64,000 bases of DNA from Bdellovibrionales bacterium (GCA_031370005.1 JANMPT010000039.1:1-64000); one strand, 5' to 3'; numbered from the stretch's first letter, positions 11,344 to 21,728 are shown. Translations and numbers: made by a program. Notes: a model not told the origin generated them from the sequence alone.

Positions 11344-12088
11344 TATCAATCAACCTCACATCACCTAAAAAGGCAGCGGCAAAACGACGTCCTTTTAAGT
11401 CTGTCACATAGTCCACCTTAAAACCCAGGGTGGTCAGTATTGCGGCAGCTTCATTCGCATTTTTGGCCGTTTTGATTGTCTCATAAATAATCGGCGCTTT
11501 TGCCCGCTCTTCAGTGGTTAAACGGGAGTTGCGCGAACTCATAGCCAAACCATCGGTTTCGCGCACTGTTGGAACTGGAACAATAATTAAATCCATAAAG
11601 AATGCTCGTGTCATTCCTTGAATCAAAGTCAATTGCTGAAAGTCTTTTTCACCGAAATAAGCCTTGGTGGGTGAAACCACATTAAAGAGTTTCATCACAA
11701 CAGAAAGGACACCATCAAAGTGCCCAGGACGTGTGGCACCACAAAGGAGACTGCCAAAATCATTTTCAATTACTTTGTAGTGATAACCATCCGGGTACAT
11801 TTCCTCAAAACGGGGGTAGAAGATTACATTCACTCCGGTTTTTTCAGCCAAAAACAGGTCCTGTTCCCAAGTGGAAGGATATGTTTCAAAATCTTTGGGG
11901 TTATTGAACTGAGTTGGATTCACGAAGATGCTCATTACACAGAGTTCGTTTTCGGCGCGGCAACGTTTTAGTAGACTTTCATGACCTGAGTGCAGTGCCC
12001 CCATGGTTGGAACAAAGCCAAGGGTCATACCTGCCTGGTCACGGCGCCACTGTTTAAACTCTTGAGGGCTTCGAATCACACGAGTCAT
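11330..12088 (-). CDS. panC: Pantoate-beta-alanine ligase
   Basis: PTMGALHSGH, FVNPTQF, RPGHF, GEKDFQQ, AMSSRN, RLIDN. Confidence 0.96.
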   Translation of the reverse strand: MTRVIRSPQEFKQWRRDQAGMTLGFVPTMGALHSGHESLLKRCRAENELCVMSIFVNPTQFNNPKDFETYPSTWEQDLFLAEKTGVNVIFYPRFEEMYPDGYHYKVIENDFGSLLCGATRPGHFDGVLSVVMKLFNVVSPTKAYFGEKDFQQLTLIQGMTRAFFMDLIIVPVPTVRETDGLAMSSRNSRLTTEERAKAPIIYETIKTAKNANEAAAILTTLGFKVDYVTDLKGRRFAAAFLGDVRLIDNVQI

Positions 12089-12873
12089 GAGTAGCTTTCT
12101 TTTTCACTGGGGAATTCTTTATTGATGACGTCAGCATGATATTTATTAAAAGTCTTTTTAAACTCCTCAAAGCCGTCAAAATATTTACGTAAGAATTTTG
12201 GCGTAAAGCCGTCATTCATACCTAGAAGATCTTGCAAAACCAAGACTTGTCCGTCGCAATCAAGTCCCGCGCCGATACCGATTGTGGGGATTTCAATTTC
12301 TTTGGTTATTTCTCGGGCCAATTGCGATGGGACGCACTCAAGCACGACACTGAAGCAACCGGCATCCTGCAATTGGCGGGCGTGTTGTCTAATTAATATT
12401 TGAGCTTTTTCATCGCGACCTTGAACCTTAAATCCGCCCAGTTGATTCACCGACTGAGGGGTCAGGCCCAGGTGTCCCATGACGGGGACTCCTGAGTCCA
12501 CGCAATGACGAATCAGCTCGAGATTTCCCGCAGCTCCCTCAAGCTTCACTGCGTGGGCGCCGGCCCTCATGATTTGTTCAATACAAGTCATGTTTTTGGA
12601 AAGAGATTTTCGATAAGACATAAACGGAAGATCGCCGATGATTAGCTTTTTAGAAGCACCTTTGGAAACAGCGGCAGTATGCAGAGCCATCATTTCAATA
12701 GAGGCACTGAGCGTGGTCGGAAAACCATGCATTACCATCGCCAAACTGTCGCCTACAAGCAGGCAATCAACATCAGTCTCATTAAGGATCTTTGCAAAGG
12801 TATAATCGTAGCAGGTGACCATTGAAATTTTTTGTCCTTTACGCTTTCTTTCTTGGTAGTCCAGAATGTTCAT
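12085..12873 (-). CDS. panB: 3-methyl-2-oxobutanoate hydroxymethyltransferase
   Basis: LVGDSL, DLPFMSY, VKLEG, GHLGLTPQ, GIGAG. Confidence 0.96.
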   Translation of the reverse strand: MNILDYQERKRKGQKISMVTCYDYTFAKILNETDVDCLLVGDSLAMVMHGFPTTLSASIEMMALHTAAVSKGASKKLIIGDLPFMSYRKSLSKNMTCIEQIMRAGAHAVKLEGAAGNLELIRHCVDSGVPVMGHLGLTPQSVNQLGGFKVQGRDEKAQILIRQHARQLQDAGCFSVVLECVPSQLAREITKEIEIPTIGIGAGLDCDGQVLVLQDLLGMNDGFTPKFLRKYFDGFEEFKKTFNKYHADVINKEFPSEKESYS

Positions 12874-13583
12874 AAAGCTCTCTCCTTTGTGTCCAGAAGT
12901 TCTGGATGAACAGCGTTAACAAATGCAAAATAAATATTTTGAAATTTATCGTTCTCCAAGGCCTCAATATTTTTAATGATAGTGTCTTTGTCTTTGCGAA
13001 CCAGTGGTCCTGTGAGAGCTGTATTTGGATTTTTCAGAGTGTTTTCTAGAATTGTCTCAAGGTAAACTCGAGCAGCTTCTTGGGGTATTCCCAAAGCTTC
13101 AAACTCCGCAAACATTTTTTGCCAAAGGATCACCGGGAAGTTTCCGCCCATGACACACAAAGCGTGATAAAGGGCCTTTTTCTCTGGCGCAATGAGAGAA
13201 AAATGATTGGGAACGCCTGGCAAAGCCTCAATAAGGCTATTTGCGCCGGTTAAGATAAAGTGAATACGGAGGTAAGTTTCGCGATCATAGGCCTCTGGTC
13301 CGAAGCTCATCAAGGGATGAGCGGCGATTAAATTAGAAATACTGAGTGCCCCAGAAAAATGAACCACAGTTTTATTAAAGCCAGCGAGGTTCATGTGATA
13401 GAAGCTCTCAATCGCCGAGTCAGAAATAGCTAAGAGCACATGAGAAGCTTGGACGACTTTAGTTTTTAAAAGGTGTGGATCCTGTGAACGATCCCAACTG
13501 AGCGGTGAGAGCTCAAGAAGATGAAGGTAGTGATTCAAGTGCTTAGCAAGTTTGCCTGCACCAATAATTAAAATCTTTTTCAT
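12870..13583 (-). CDS. Rossmann-like / DUF2520 protein, probable PanG-type ketopantoate reductase
   Basis: IIGAG, VHFSGA, HPLMSF, YHA and LTGPLVR motifs; first gene of the pan operon; start taken at MKKILII. Confidence 0.78.
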   Translation of the reverse strand: MKKILIIGAGKLAKHLNHYLHLLELSPLSWDRSQDPHLLKTKVVQASHVLLAISDSAIESFYHMNLAGFNKTVVHFSGALSISNLIAAHPLMSFGPEAYDRETYLRIHFILTGANSLIEALPGVPNHFSLIAPEKKALYHALCVMGGNFPVILWQKMFAEFEALGIPQEAARVYLETILENTLKNPNTALTGPLVRKDKDTIIKNIEALENDKFQNIYFAFVNAVHPELLDTKERAL

Positions 13584-13730
13584 AATGTCGGGTACCTGTC
13601 TGGTCTCTAAAACCTTTTGATCAAGTCCTATGCACTTAGATTGAACAATCTTAGTTATATTTCTTAATAAAAACAAGCCTTTCTTGAGCGGAAGCTTGCT
13701 AAGTTACAGGAGGAGTGTTAACCCCCGGGG

Positions 13731-14459
13731 ATGAAGCATTTGTACTGGATTCTCGTTTTAATTGTGATTTTTTTGGGTGTTGGACTTTCGGTGTACTTCG
13801 GACAAGAGACGGTCAGTATTACTAAACTTGGCTATAATCACTATAGTGCTCCAGAGAAGTTTGTTGAGAGACTGATTTTAAAAACACAAAATGAACTGAA
13901 AAGCGCTCAGCTTGTAATGCTGGGCGTGATGCCAGGGCGTAGGGTCGATTTGGAAGTTTGGAAAGCCTTTTTGGATCAAACTGAACACAACGAGCTTACG
14001 TATCAAGTCTTAATTGTGGATCCTGATCTGCCAATGGCAAAGGAGTTTTTTCCGAACGCAATTAAAATGGATCTGAAAAAAGAAATCATACGTTTTATCG
14101 AAGGAGTTAAAAATGCCCAGTCTCATGGGCTGCGCATGGCGGTTATTGCACCAAGTATTTATACCTCCCAGCTTTTGCAAGGAAATCCAATGGATAATAT
14201 TAAGAAAAACTCCGACCTCAAGCCCATAAGTTTTTCTGTAATTGGTTTCCCACGCACTCCAGAACAGGAGACCTCAATGGAAATTCCCTGTATGATGGGA
14301 CAAAACAATCGTGATGGCGTGGGAGCCATTGGTTGCGAGGCACAGAGAGCGGCCCGACTTCTTTATCGTAAAAAATCAAAACCAGGATTCTATGAAGGCT
14401 TGATTGATCAGGTCGGTGATCAAGACTATCTAGTCCTTTTTAATGCACCACAAAATTAG
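13731..14459 (+). CDS. Hypothetical protein with N-terminal membrane anchor
   Basis: 242-aa ORF, AGGAGGAG upstream, hydrophobic N-terminus. Confidence 0.75.
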   Translation: MKHLYWILVLIVIFLGVGLSVYFGQETVSITKLGYNHYSAPEKFVERLILKTQNELKSAQLVMLGVMPGRRVDLEVWKAFLDQTEHNELTYQVLIVDPDLPMAKEFFPNAIKMDLKKEIIRFIEGVKNAQSHGLRMAVIAPSIYTSQLLQGNPMDNIKKNSDLKPISFSVIGFPRTPEQETSMEIPCMMGQNNRDGVGAIGCEAQRAARLLYRKKSKPGFYEGLIDQVGDQDYLVLFNAPQN

Positions 14460-14462
14460 TAA

Positions 14463-15839
14463 CTAATACATTTCATGGGAGAGTGGGCGGCGAGGTGCTC
14501 TAAAATAAGTTCTTGGCGAGAGCTCTAAGAGGTCAGAAATCTTAGTCATATAGACACAGGCATAGCGATCGAGCTGATAAGCGAAGTAACTCTCTTCATT
14601 TCCCGCGCGCATCAACTGACCCCAGCGTTCATTGTATAGAGCTTGCTGCTTTTTAATAAGTTGACTGATTTGAGCGTCGATTTCTGAAATAGATTTTTGC
14701 AATTGCTCAATGGTAGCTTCATTTAAATCCGCGTGCTTTTCAATTTTCCTTGTCATGAGCTGCGTGAGCTTATCTTCAAAAGGTTCTTTTTTATGCATCA
14801 GAGTTTCAATCTCTAGATTTGTAGGCTCGGCTTCTTTGTTGTTTGCAATTTCCTCAGCGAGCTCCTCTATGACCATTGCAGTTCGCCAATTGCAGTCTTT
14901 TTTCAAACGAAGAATATCACCATATATGTGGTCTCCGATGTAGAGAATATCGTCTCCATTAAGGCCTAAATCCTCGGTAAATTTTTTCGCATTTCCGCCT
15001 TGGTAAATGCCAGGACCAAATTTATTGTTCAAATTGGTCATGGTTCCATCTTGAGGGTTTACGACTAAGAATTTTTGATCCTCATAGAAGAACTTTGGTT
15101 TAGAGGCTAAGGTTACTACAACTTCGAAAAGATCGTGCCAGGATTTTCCATCTTTTAAAAAAGGGTTGATTGCGTGATCCAACAAAAGCTTAGAGTAGTG
15201 AAAATCAGAATTCGTTAAAACGAAAATTTTCTTACCGTGCTTAAGGAACTTCTCAAGCCCTTGAACGACGCTTTCGTCTTTGATAATATAGTGGGCAAGA
15301 TTTTTTTTGACCTCGTCCTTTAAGCTACCATCGCGATGCGCTTCGTCCAGAGCATCCAAAACGTCATCAGCGATTTGAGCGTATTCAGGATAAGTGCCGG
15401 CTTTATCACTGTCTTTAAGATCGACGATCTGACCAAAGAGGACCGCCAAAGATATAGAAAACGAAGTATCAACGGCCATATAGTTGGCGTTGCTCAGGTC
15501 GATGTAAGTACTTTTATAAAGTTTTTGATGGATCTTAAAGTCCAAAGGCTTCATTCCATGATAGCTGGCACGGATTGCAGTGTAGCGATTGAGTTTTAGC
15601 AAGTTGCCCTTTTGGCGGTCAATCACAAGGCCTCGGATGGCGAATTTATAGTCAAAAAGAAATTTGCGAAGAGTTTCAGGGTAGTTTTTGCCCTTGATCA
15701 GCTTGTCGACCATTGTAGTGTGAGAAAGTCTTTCGAAGTTTTCACTGTTGTAGCGAACCAAGGTATGGTCCATGTCGAACCCGATGTAGCGAATTCTTTT
15801 GAGATTAAGCGTTCGGTTTACGTAGACTTTTCCAGTCAT
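14463..15839 (-). CDS. HAD-IG family 5'-nucleotidase (cN-II-like)
   Basis: GFDMDHTL, LTNS, YIGDHIYGDI motifs; start taken at MTGKV. Confidence 0.92.
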   Translation of the reverse strand: MTGKVYVNRTLNLKRIRYIGFDMDHTLVRYNSENFERLSHTTMVDKLIKGKNYPETLRKFLFDYKFAIRGLVIDRQKGNLLKLNRYTAIRASYHGMKPLDFKIHQKLYKSTYIDLSNANYMAVDTSFSISLAVLFGQIVDLKDSDKAGTYPEYAQIADDVLDALDEAHRDGSLKDEVKKNLAHYIIKDESVVQGLEKFLKHGKKIFVLTNSDFHYSKLLLDHAINPFLKDGKSWHDLFEVVVTLASKPKFFYEDQKFLVVNPQDGTMTNLNNKFGPGIYQGGNAKKFTEDLGLNGDDILYIGDHIYGDILRLKKDCNWRTAMVIEELAEEIANNKEAEPTNLEIETLMHKKEPFEDKLTQLMTRKIEKHADLNEATIEQLQKSISEIDAQISQLIKKQQALYNERWGQLMRAGNEESYFAYQLDRYACVYMTKISDLLELSPRTYFRAPRRPLSHEMY

Positions 15840-15943
15840 AGAAGAAAAAATCCTTTTCCAAATGAGCAAATGATTAATTTAAGTTTGCACTATAGTCAAG
15901 ACGGCCATCTTATCGTAGGATACTTAAGACAGCAAGGAAACTG

Positions 15944-17173
15944 ATGACTCTCACACTTTCACCAGAGCAAGAACATGCTTTAGAGCTTCTCCGCTCAGGC
16001 GAGAACATTTTTTTAACAGGCGGAGCCGGAAGCGGCAAAAGCCACTTGATTCGCCATTTTATGGACGAGTTAGACCCCAAACAAACACCAATTTTGGCTT
16101 CCACAGGGGCTGCTGCAGTGCTTTTGGGTGGCAGAACATTTCATAGTTTTTTTGGACTAGGCATTATGGAGGGTGGCGGCGATGCCACTTATGAGCGTTG
16201 CTCTAAAGACTATCGACTTCTCAACCGCCTAAAAAAAGTCGAAGGCGTCATTATTGATGAAATTTCCATGATTCCAGGTGCCGCCTTGATGGTTGCAGAG
16301 GCACTTTCACAAAAAGCAAGGGACTCAAAACTCCCATGGGGAGGAATGCGGGTAATCAGCGTCGGCGATTTTGCACAGTTGCCGCCAGTGACCCGAGCTG
16401 GCCCCCGAGACTGGGCTTTTTTAAGTGAGGCATGGGGACGTAGTGGTTTTCAAGTTTGTCAGCTGTCTCATAATCAAAGAGTTCAAGACAATAGCTTTTT
16501 GGATGTTCTTGCCGATGTTCGCTATGGAAAAGTGACTTCGCGGGTTTTTGATTTTCTTAGTGAAAGAGTCAGACCCCATGATGAAGAAGATTCTGGCACG
16601 AGGCTTTTTGGACGTCGAGATATGTCTGAAAATTTTAATCAAAAGAAACTGGCAGAAATTAATGAAATAGAAGTTAGCATTGATTCGATTTATTTAGGTT
16701 CGGAAAAACATATTGAAGCCTTAATGAAAACTGCACCCGTACCCCAAAGGCTTACTATAAAAGTTGGTTGCCGAGTCATTTTTCTTCAAAATGATCCACA
16801 AAAACGCTGGATCAACGGCACGCGTGGCAACGTCACAAAAATTGAAATAGATAAGATCACAGTTAAAAAAGATGCTGGTCGAGAGGTCAGTGTGGATAAG
16901 GCCTCCTTTAGTATGCAAGATGCGGAGGGAAATGTGACAGCAACAGTTATCCAATTTCCATTAATGCTTGCTTATGCGACAACTATTCACAAAAGCCAGG
17001 GGGCAACTCTAGATGAGGTCTGGTGTGATCTTCGTTCTCTGTGGGAGCCCGGGCAGGCTTATGTAGCCCTCAGTCGCCTGAGAACCGCGAACGGTTTGAA
17101 GTTGGTGGGTTGGAATCCACGTTCGATTATTGTTGATCCAAAGGTTTTAGGATTTTATCAAAGTTTGGTATGA
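15944..17173 (+). CDS. PIF1-family SF1B DNA helicase
   Basis: GGAGSGKS, TFHSFFG, IDEISM, GDFAQLPPV, AYATTIHKSQG, YVALSR. Confidence 0.93.
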   Translation: MTLTLSPEQEHALELLRSGENIFLTGGAGSGKSHLIRHFMDELDPKQTPILASTGAAAVLLGGRTFHSFFGLGIMEGGGDATYERCSKDYRLLNRLKKVEGVIIDEISMIPGAALMVAEALSQKARDSKLPWGGMRVISVGDFAQLPPVTRAGPRDWAFLSEAWGRSGFQVCQLSHNQRVQDNSFLDVLADVRYGKVTSRVFDFLSERVRPHDEEDSGTRLFGRRDMSENFNQKKLAEINEIEVSIDSIYLGSEKHIEALMKTAPVPQRLTIKVGCRVIFLQNDPQKRWINGTRGNVTKIEIDKITVKKDAGREVSVDKASFSMQDAEGNVTATVIQFPLMLAYATTIHKSQGATLDEVWCDLRSLWEPGQAYVALSRLRTANGLKLVGWNPRSIIVDPKVLGFYQSLV

Positions 17174-18306
17174 TGATGGGCGCAATTGTGAAAGTGACTT
17201 CTGCTGAACTGATGAGGATGGCTATAGACGAGGCCGCAAAAGGAGCGACTCGCGTGAGTCCAAATCCTATGGTCGGCGCAGTTGTTATAGATGGCGATGG
17301 GAATTTTCTTGGAAGTGGCTATCATGAGTTTTACGGCGGGCCTCACGCGGAGGTGAATGCTCTTAAAAATCTTTCTTCGGAGCAGCTGAAGGGAGCCACC
17401 GTTTTCGTAACCCTAGAGCCTTGTGCCCATGAAGGCAAAACCCCATCTTGTGCAAAAATGATGGCGAGACTTCCTCTGCGAAAAGTTATTTATGGTCTTG
17501 TAGATCCCAATCCATTAGTGGCTGGGCGGGGGGCTGAGATTTTGCAAGCAGCTGGCATTGAGACTGAGATTTTTTCTGAAACACATCCTGAGTTTAAATC
17601 CGAACTTGAAGAATCCTGTGAGGCTTTTCTGTGGAACTTCCGTCAGAAGAAAGTTTTTGTTTCATTAAAGATAGCGCAAAGCCTTGATGGTCAAATCGGC
17701 CTTAAAAATGGCGAAAGCAAATGGATCACTAATGAGAAGTCCCGTGTGTATGCACATTATTTGAGGGCTTGTCATGATGCTACACTTGTGGGGCGAGGCA
17801 CAATTAAGACGGACAACCCCGCTTTGAATATTCGTCACGATCAGGTTGAAAAAACTAATAAAGTTGTTGTGATTGATCCACGTGGCAGCCTGCTGAAATT
17901 AGCTTCGCAGCTACAGGTGACACGTCTTCATAGTTCTCAAAATCTTTTTTGGTGCTTGAGCGATAAAAAACTTGATATTCGCAGTGTGCCTTTTGCGACA
18001 CTACTAAAAATTAAAGAAAGCAAGGAAGGCTCCCTAGATTTGTCGGATCTTTTGCAGAAGCTTTGGGACCTGGGACTTCGTTCAGTGATGATTGAAGGCG
18101 GAGGACTAACTGCTTCAGAATTTTTAAAAGCAGGGCTTGTGAATCGTCTTTATCTTTTTCAGGCCCCGATGATCATCGGCGCTGAGGGGGGACGATCCTG
18201 GACGGCGACGCTTAATATCTCTGAGATGAAGCGACGACTTAGCTTAAAAAACTCTAAAACAATGGCTTTCGGTGATGATATTCTGATCACTGGGCGTTTA
18301 TGCTGA
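17170..18306 (+). CDS. ribD: Riboflavin biosynthesis deaminase/reductase
   Basis: PNPMVG, HAE, TLEPCAH..TPSC, SLDG, IEGG motifs. Confidence 0.96.
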   Translation: MMMGAIVKVTSAELMRMAIDEAAKGATRVSPNPMVGAVVIDGDGNFLGSGYHEFYGGPHAEVNALKNLSSEQLKGATVFVTLEPCAHEGKTPSCAKMMARLPLRKVIYGLVDPNPLVAGRGAEILQAAGIETEIFSETHPEFKSELEESCEAFLWNFRQKKVFVSLKIAQSLDGQIGLKNGESKWITNEKSRVYAHYLRACHDATLVGRGTIKTDNPALNIRHDQVEKTNKVVVIDPRGSLLKLASQLQVTRLHSSQNLFWCLSDKKLDIRSVPFATLLKIKESKEGSLDLSDLLQKLWDLGLRSVMIEGGGLTASEFLKAGLVNRLYLFQAPMIIGAEGGRSWTATLNISEMKRRLSLKNSKTMAFGDDILITGRLC

Positions 18307-18512
18307 AAATTTTACAGGACGCAAGTCCATACGCTAGTGGTCAATTGTCAGGTAGCAGCGAGCTTGTTTACCCCATGTGTGCTTATATTTGAATTGGCCA
18401 TGACAACGCGAAGCATTCACTTCTGGTCTTTCGACAGCATAGCAAGGGAAGCGCTGCTTGTGCTAAAATAAAAAAACAACAGGTTAACTGTTTGAGGAGT
18501 TCTTAAGTATTT

Positions 18513-18926
18513 ATGGGCGAAGACGGTAGTAGTATTAGTAGCAGATCAAGAGTAAAAAATTTAAAAAATGAATGGGCACTTTTCTGGGAGAGCATCGCAG
18601 GCGAAGGTCAAGAGGCTAACAGCTTTGAGACTGGCAGGTTGGAGGTTCTTAATCCAGATCAACTTCGAGACATCATCAAAGCATTAAGCCAAGATCGTAA
18701 GCGCTTAAACCAAAAACTAGAGTCTCTTCATAAAGAGCTGGAGCTTAATTCTGCTAAGTTGGAAAGCATCCGTCTAGTGGGTGGTGAGGATGATGAAACT
18801 CTCAAGAGAATTAATGAGCTGAGTGACATTGGCCAGATTTTAAGCGAGCAACTTAACAAACTAGACGAAAAAATTAAGTGGACCAGAGTTCGCCAAGAAG
18901 AGGTTCAGGCCGAGCCTAGAGTATAG
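18513..18926 (+). CDS. Hypothetical coiled-coil protein
   Basis: 137-aa ORF, GAGGAG upstream, heptad-rich. Confidence 0.7.
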   Translation: MGEDGSSISSRSRVKNLKNEWALFWESIAGEGQEANSFETGRLEVLNPDQLRDIIKALSQDRKRLNQKLESLHKELELNSAKLESIRLVGGEDDETLKRINELSDIGQILSEQLNKLDEKIKWTRVRQEEVQAEPRV

Positions 18927-19004
18927 TCTAGGCCTGCTTTTCTGCCGCTTTTGGTCGCGGATTTTTTCTTTTTCAGAGGATCCCAGACTCCAGTTTCCGA
19001 GCCC

Positions 19005-19033
19005 AATAACCGTTAACTTAGTTAGCGGTTATT
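19005..19033. promoter_or_regulatory. Inverted repeat upstream of the MotB/MotA-like cluster (candidate operator)
   Basis: AATAACCGTTAAC-tta-GTTAGCGGTTATT, 13-bp arms with 1 mismatch. Confidence 0.45.
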
Positions 19034-19069
19034 AAGACCGTTAAAGTAATTTGATGGCGGTGCGGAAAT

Positions 19070-20758
19070 ATGTCGTTCAATTATCACAAAAATAAAGAAG
19101 GACATTCACAAGACAATTTTTGGACGTCTTATTCAGATCTCTTTTTGGGTCTGAGTACGATCTTTTTATTGTTGTATGTGATTTCTAGTCTTCGAACAAG
19201 CACAGACGCGATTCGTACACAAGTTGAGTCCCAAAAGCTCTCTATGGAAGTTAATGAGCTAAAGGGACAGCTCCAAATGTATGAGAACGTGAAAAATGAG
19301 TATATGAACAATGCCCCAAAGGATGAGGTTCAAGAGTACCAAGAGCTGATGGATAAGCTAACACTTTTGCAGGAAGATGCAAAAACGGAAAAAGATAAGC
19401 TAGTTGAGCAGGCTGTAGAAAACGACAAGAAAGCGAAAGCCCTTAATAAGTATCAACAGATGGTTCGCAATGTGATGAACGCCAACAAGATGGCGAAGTC
19501 AAAAATTGTGAATCGGGATGATCTAATTAAAGACCAAGACGTGACAATCGAGACCAAAGACAACGAAATTGGTGATTTACAAAAAGATATCCAACAGAAA
19601 AAACATTTGATAGCTGAAGGCGAAAGAAAAATCGACGACGCTAATAATTATTTGAAATCAAAAGCCATCGAGTTGAAACAGGCATTGCGGACCAATAAGA
19701 TTTCCAAACAAAGATATAATGCGCGTATGGCTCAAGTCCGTGCAGAGAACGACAAGCGTGTGAATCAATTGGCCTTGGCAAACGAAAAGTATTCAGAGCA
19801 GCTTGAAGCAACAACTGGCCAACTAAAGCAAGTTAGCACTCAGTTAAATCAAACGAATAGTCAATTGGCTCAAACCCAGGGGGCCCTCGCACAAAAAGAA
19901 GGCGAGGCTCGTGGTCTCTATGGCGAGTTACAAAAACAAGCGGCTGAAGGTCAGGCAAAGATTACTGGACTCCAGGCAGGTTTTGCGGCTGAGAAGGCGC
20001 GTGAGCGTGCATTGTTTGATTCGCAACTTGGAAAAAATAAAGCAATGGGTGCCGCAGAAAGAGCTCGCCGGGAAGGCCAATTTAAGGCAGCGATGGCGGC
20101 AAAGGAGCGTGAGCTAGGCGGCAAGTTGGCCGCTCTCGGCGGTCAATTAAAAAATACAGAAGGCCAGTTGGCAAAAGCTAAAGCAGAAATCGAAGCCCGC
20201 AAGTCTGTCGCAGACGAAGTTAAAAAGGGTTTTGCTAGAGCAGGAATCAAGGCTGATATTGATATGGAGACCGGCGATGTCGTTCTTGATTTTGGTCAAG
20301 CATATTTTGATAGCGACTCAGATCACCTCAAAAACGAAATGAAAAATGTTCTTGAAAAAGCCATGCCAATATACTCGAGGTCATTATTTGGTAATCCTAA
20401 GATCTCTGATAAAATTTCAGCAGTTGAGATTGTCGGCTTTGCTTCGCCGACCTATAAAGGGCGGTTCATCGACCCGAAGAGTCCCAATCCCGAGGACAAA
20501 CAGGCTATCAAATATAATATGGATTTAAGCTATCGACGTGCCAATGCAATTTTTGGATATGTTTTGGACGACAATAATATGAAATTTCAGCATCAAAAAG
20601 AGTTGGTTTCTTTAATGAAAGTATCGGGGCGAAGTTTTTTGGAAACCTTGCCTGCGGGTAACAGAAATGTGGCTAATGCGAATGAGTTTTGTAAGCAGAA
20701 TGATTGCAAAAAAGCACAAAGAGTCATTATTCGATTTAATGTGGATCAAAAAAAATAA
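19070..20758 (+). CDS. MotB/ZorB-like membrane protein with long coiled coil and C-terminal OmpA-like domain
   Basis: FWTSYSDLFLGL TM with conserved Asp23; roughly 340 aa coiled coil; FDSDS..VEIVGFAS..NMDLSYRRA..QRVIIRF. Confidence 0.8.
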   Translation: MSFNYHKNKEGHSQDNFWTSYSDLFLGLSTIFLLLYVISSLRTSTDAIRTQVESQKLSMEVNELKGQLQMYENVKNEYMNNAPKDEVQEYQELMDKLTLLQEDAKTEKDKLVEQAVENDKKAKALNKYQQMVRNVMNANKMAKSKIVNRDDLIKDQDVTIETKDNEIGDLQKDIQQKKHLIAEGERKIDDANNYLKSKAIELKQALRTNKISKQRYNARMAQVRAENDKRVNQLALANEKYSEQLEATTGQLKQVSTQLNQTNSQLAQTQGALAQKEGEARGLYGELQKQAAEGQAKITGLQAGFAAEKARERALFDSQLGKNKAMGAAERARREGQFKAAMAAKERELGGKLAALGGQLKNTEGQLAKAKAEIEARKSVADEVKKGFARAGIKADIDMETGDVVLDFGQAYFDSDSDHLKNEMKNVLEKAMPIYSRSLFGNPKISDKISAVEIVGFASPTYKGRFIDPKSPNPEDKQAIKYNMDLSYRRANAIFGYVLDDNNMKFQHQKELVSLMKVSGRSFLETLPAGNRNVANANEFCKQNDCKKAQRVIIRFNVDQKK

Positions 20759-20770
20759 AAGAGGTGTGTT

Positions 20771-21700
20771 GTGAATGCTAAAACAATCGCAGAATATTTT
20801 ATAATATGCCTGCCCTATGCAATGGCGAGTGTGTTTGTTTGTGGAGTCGCTTTCCGTGCGATTATCTATTATACAGTTCGACGTCATGAGTGGTTTGCTC
20901 GTGAATTCGAAAAACGCGTCAATCGTTTCATGGAAACCGAAGTGCCAGGAAGAGCCCAAGGCGTTTCTTTCTTCGTTCTTTCAAAAAGAATGCTAGAAAG
21001 GACCTACTATGAGGTATTTGAGATCCGAGATCGCATGAAAAGAAGAAGACCTGATATTATGATGAGCTGGAGTGACCGCCTCTTTTTGGTAAAACAAGGC
21101 TGCGCTTGGCTAGTGAAAGACATCTTAAAGCAAATAAAGTTCTTAAAATGGACGGAGGACACTCCGAAGCTATTAAATATTACAAAAGCAACTCTTCAAC
21201 ACAACCCGTGCTTTAACCGCGTTTTCGGTGTTTTTCCAATGGTTGGGCTAAATGATATTATTTCGATTCTTCCAGGGCTTTTTGTAGTTGCCGGTATCCT
21301 GGGTACTTTCATCGGGATTTCAAGTGGATTGAACGACTTGGGGGGAATGAATCTTCAGGATTTGGAAAACACTAAAAATATCATGGATAAGTTCCTTCAC
21401 GAGATTTCTTTCGCAATGAAGTCATCCATTGTGGGGATTGTACTTTCGTTATTAAGCCACGTGGTAAACACAATGATGTCTCCGGAAAGATCTTACGTTT
21501 CCATGGTCGACCGCTTTGAAAGTGCGATGGATCTTCTTTGGTATCGCAGCGATAACAACGAATATCCTGCGGATAATAAACCATTTGATGAACACAAGGA
21601 CGCTGTTGATGCACTAGCTGAAGATGCGTTAAATAAAGAAATTAACAGAGGTATGAGAACTCGCGAAATGCTTGAGGTCCGTAAACCGAAAGCATCTTAG
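20771..21700 (+). CDS. MotA/TolQ/ExbB (ZorA-like) ion-channel subunit
   Basis: N-terminal TM plus LPGLFVVAGILGTFIGI and FAMKSSIVGI helices; GTG start with GAGG RBS. Confidence 0.8.
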   Translation: MNAKTIAEYFIICLPYAMASVFVCGVAFRAIIYYTVRRHEWFAREFEKRVNRFMETEVPGRAQGVSFFVLSKRMLERTYYEVFEIRDRMKRRRPDIMMSWSDRLFLVKQGCAWLVKDILKQIKFLKWTEDTPKLLNITKATLQHNPCFNRVFGVFPMVGLNDIISILPGLFVVAGILGTFIGISSGLNDLGGMNLQDLENTKNIMDKFLHEISFAMKSSIVGIVLSLLSHVVNTMMSPERSYVSMVDRFESAMDLLWYRSDNNEYPADNKPFDEHKDAVDALAEDALNKEINRGMRTREMLEVRKPKAS

Positions 21701-21728
21701 CTAGCTCTTATGTTATGGGAACTAAAAG

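Noticed and set aside
19070..21700. Canonical Zorya defence system or flagellar motAB
   Set aside because: No ZorC/D/E-like neighbours, no long ZorA tail, B-before-A order and no flagellar genes in the window; kept only as ZorAB/MotAB-like
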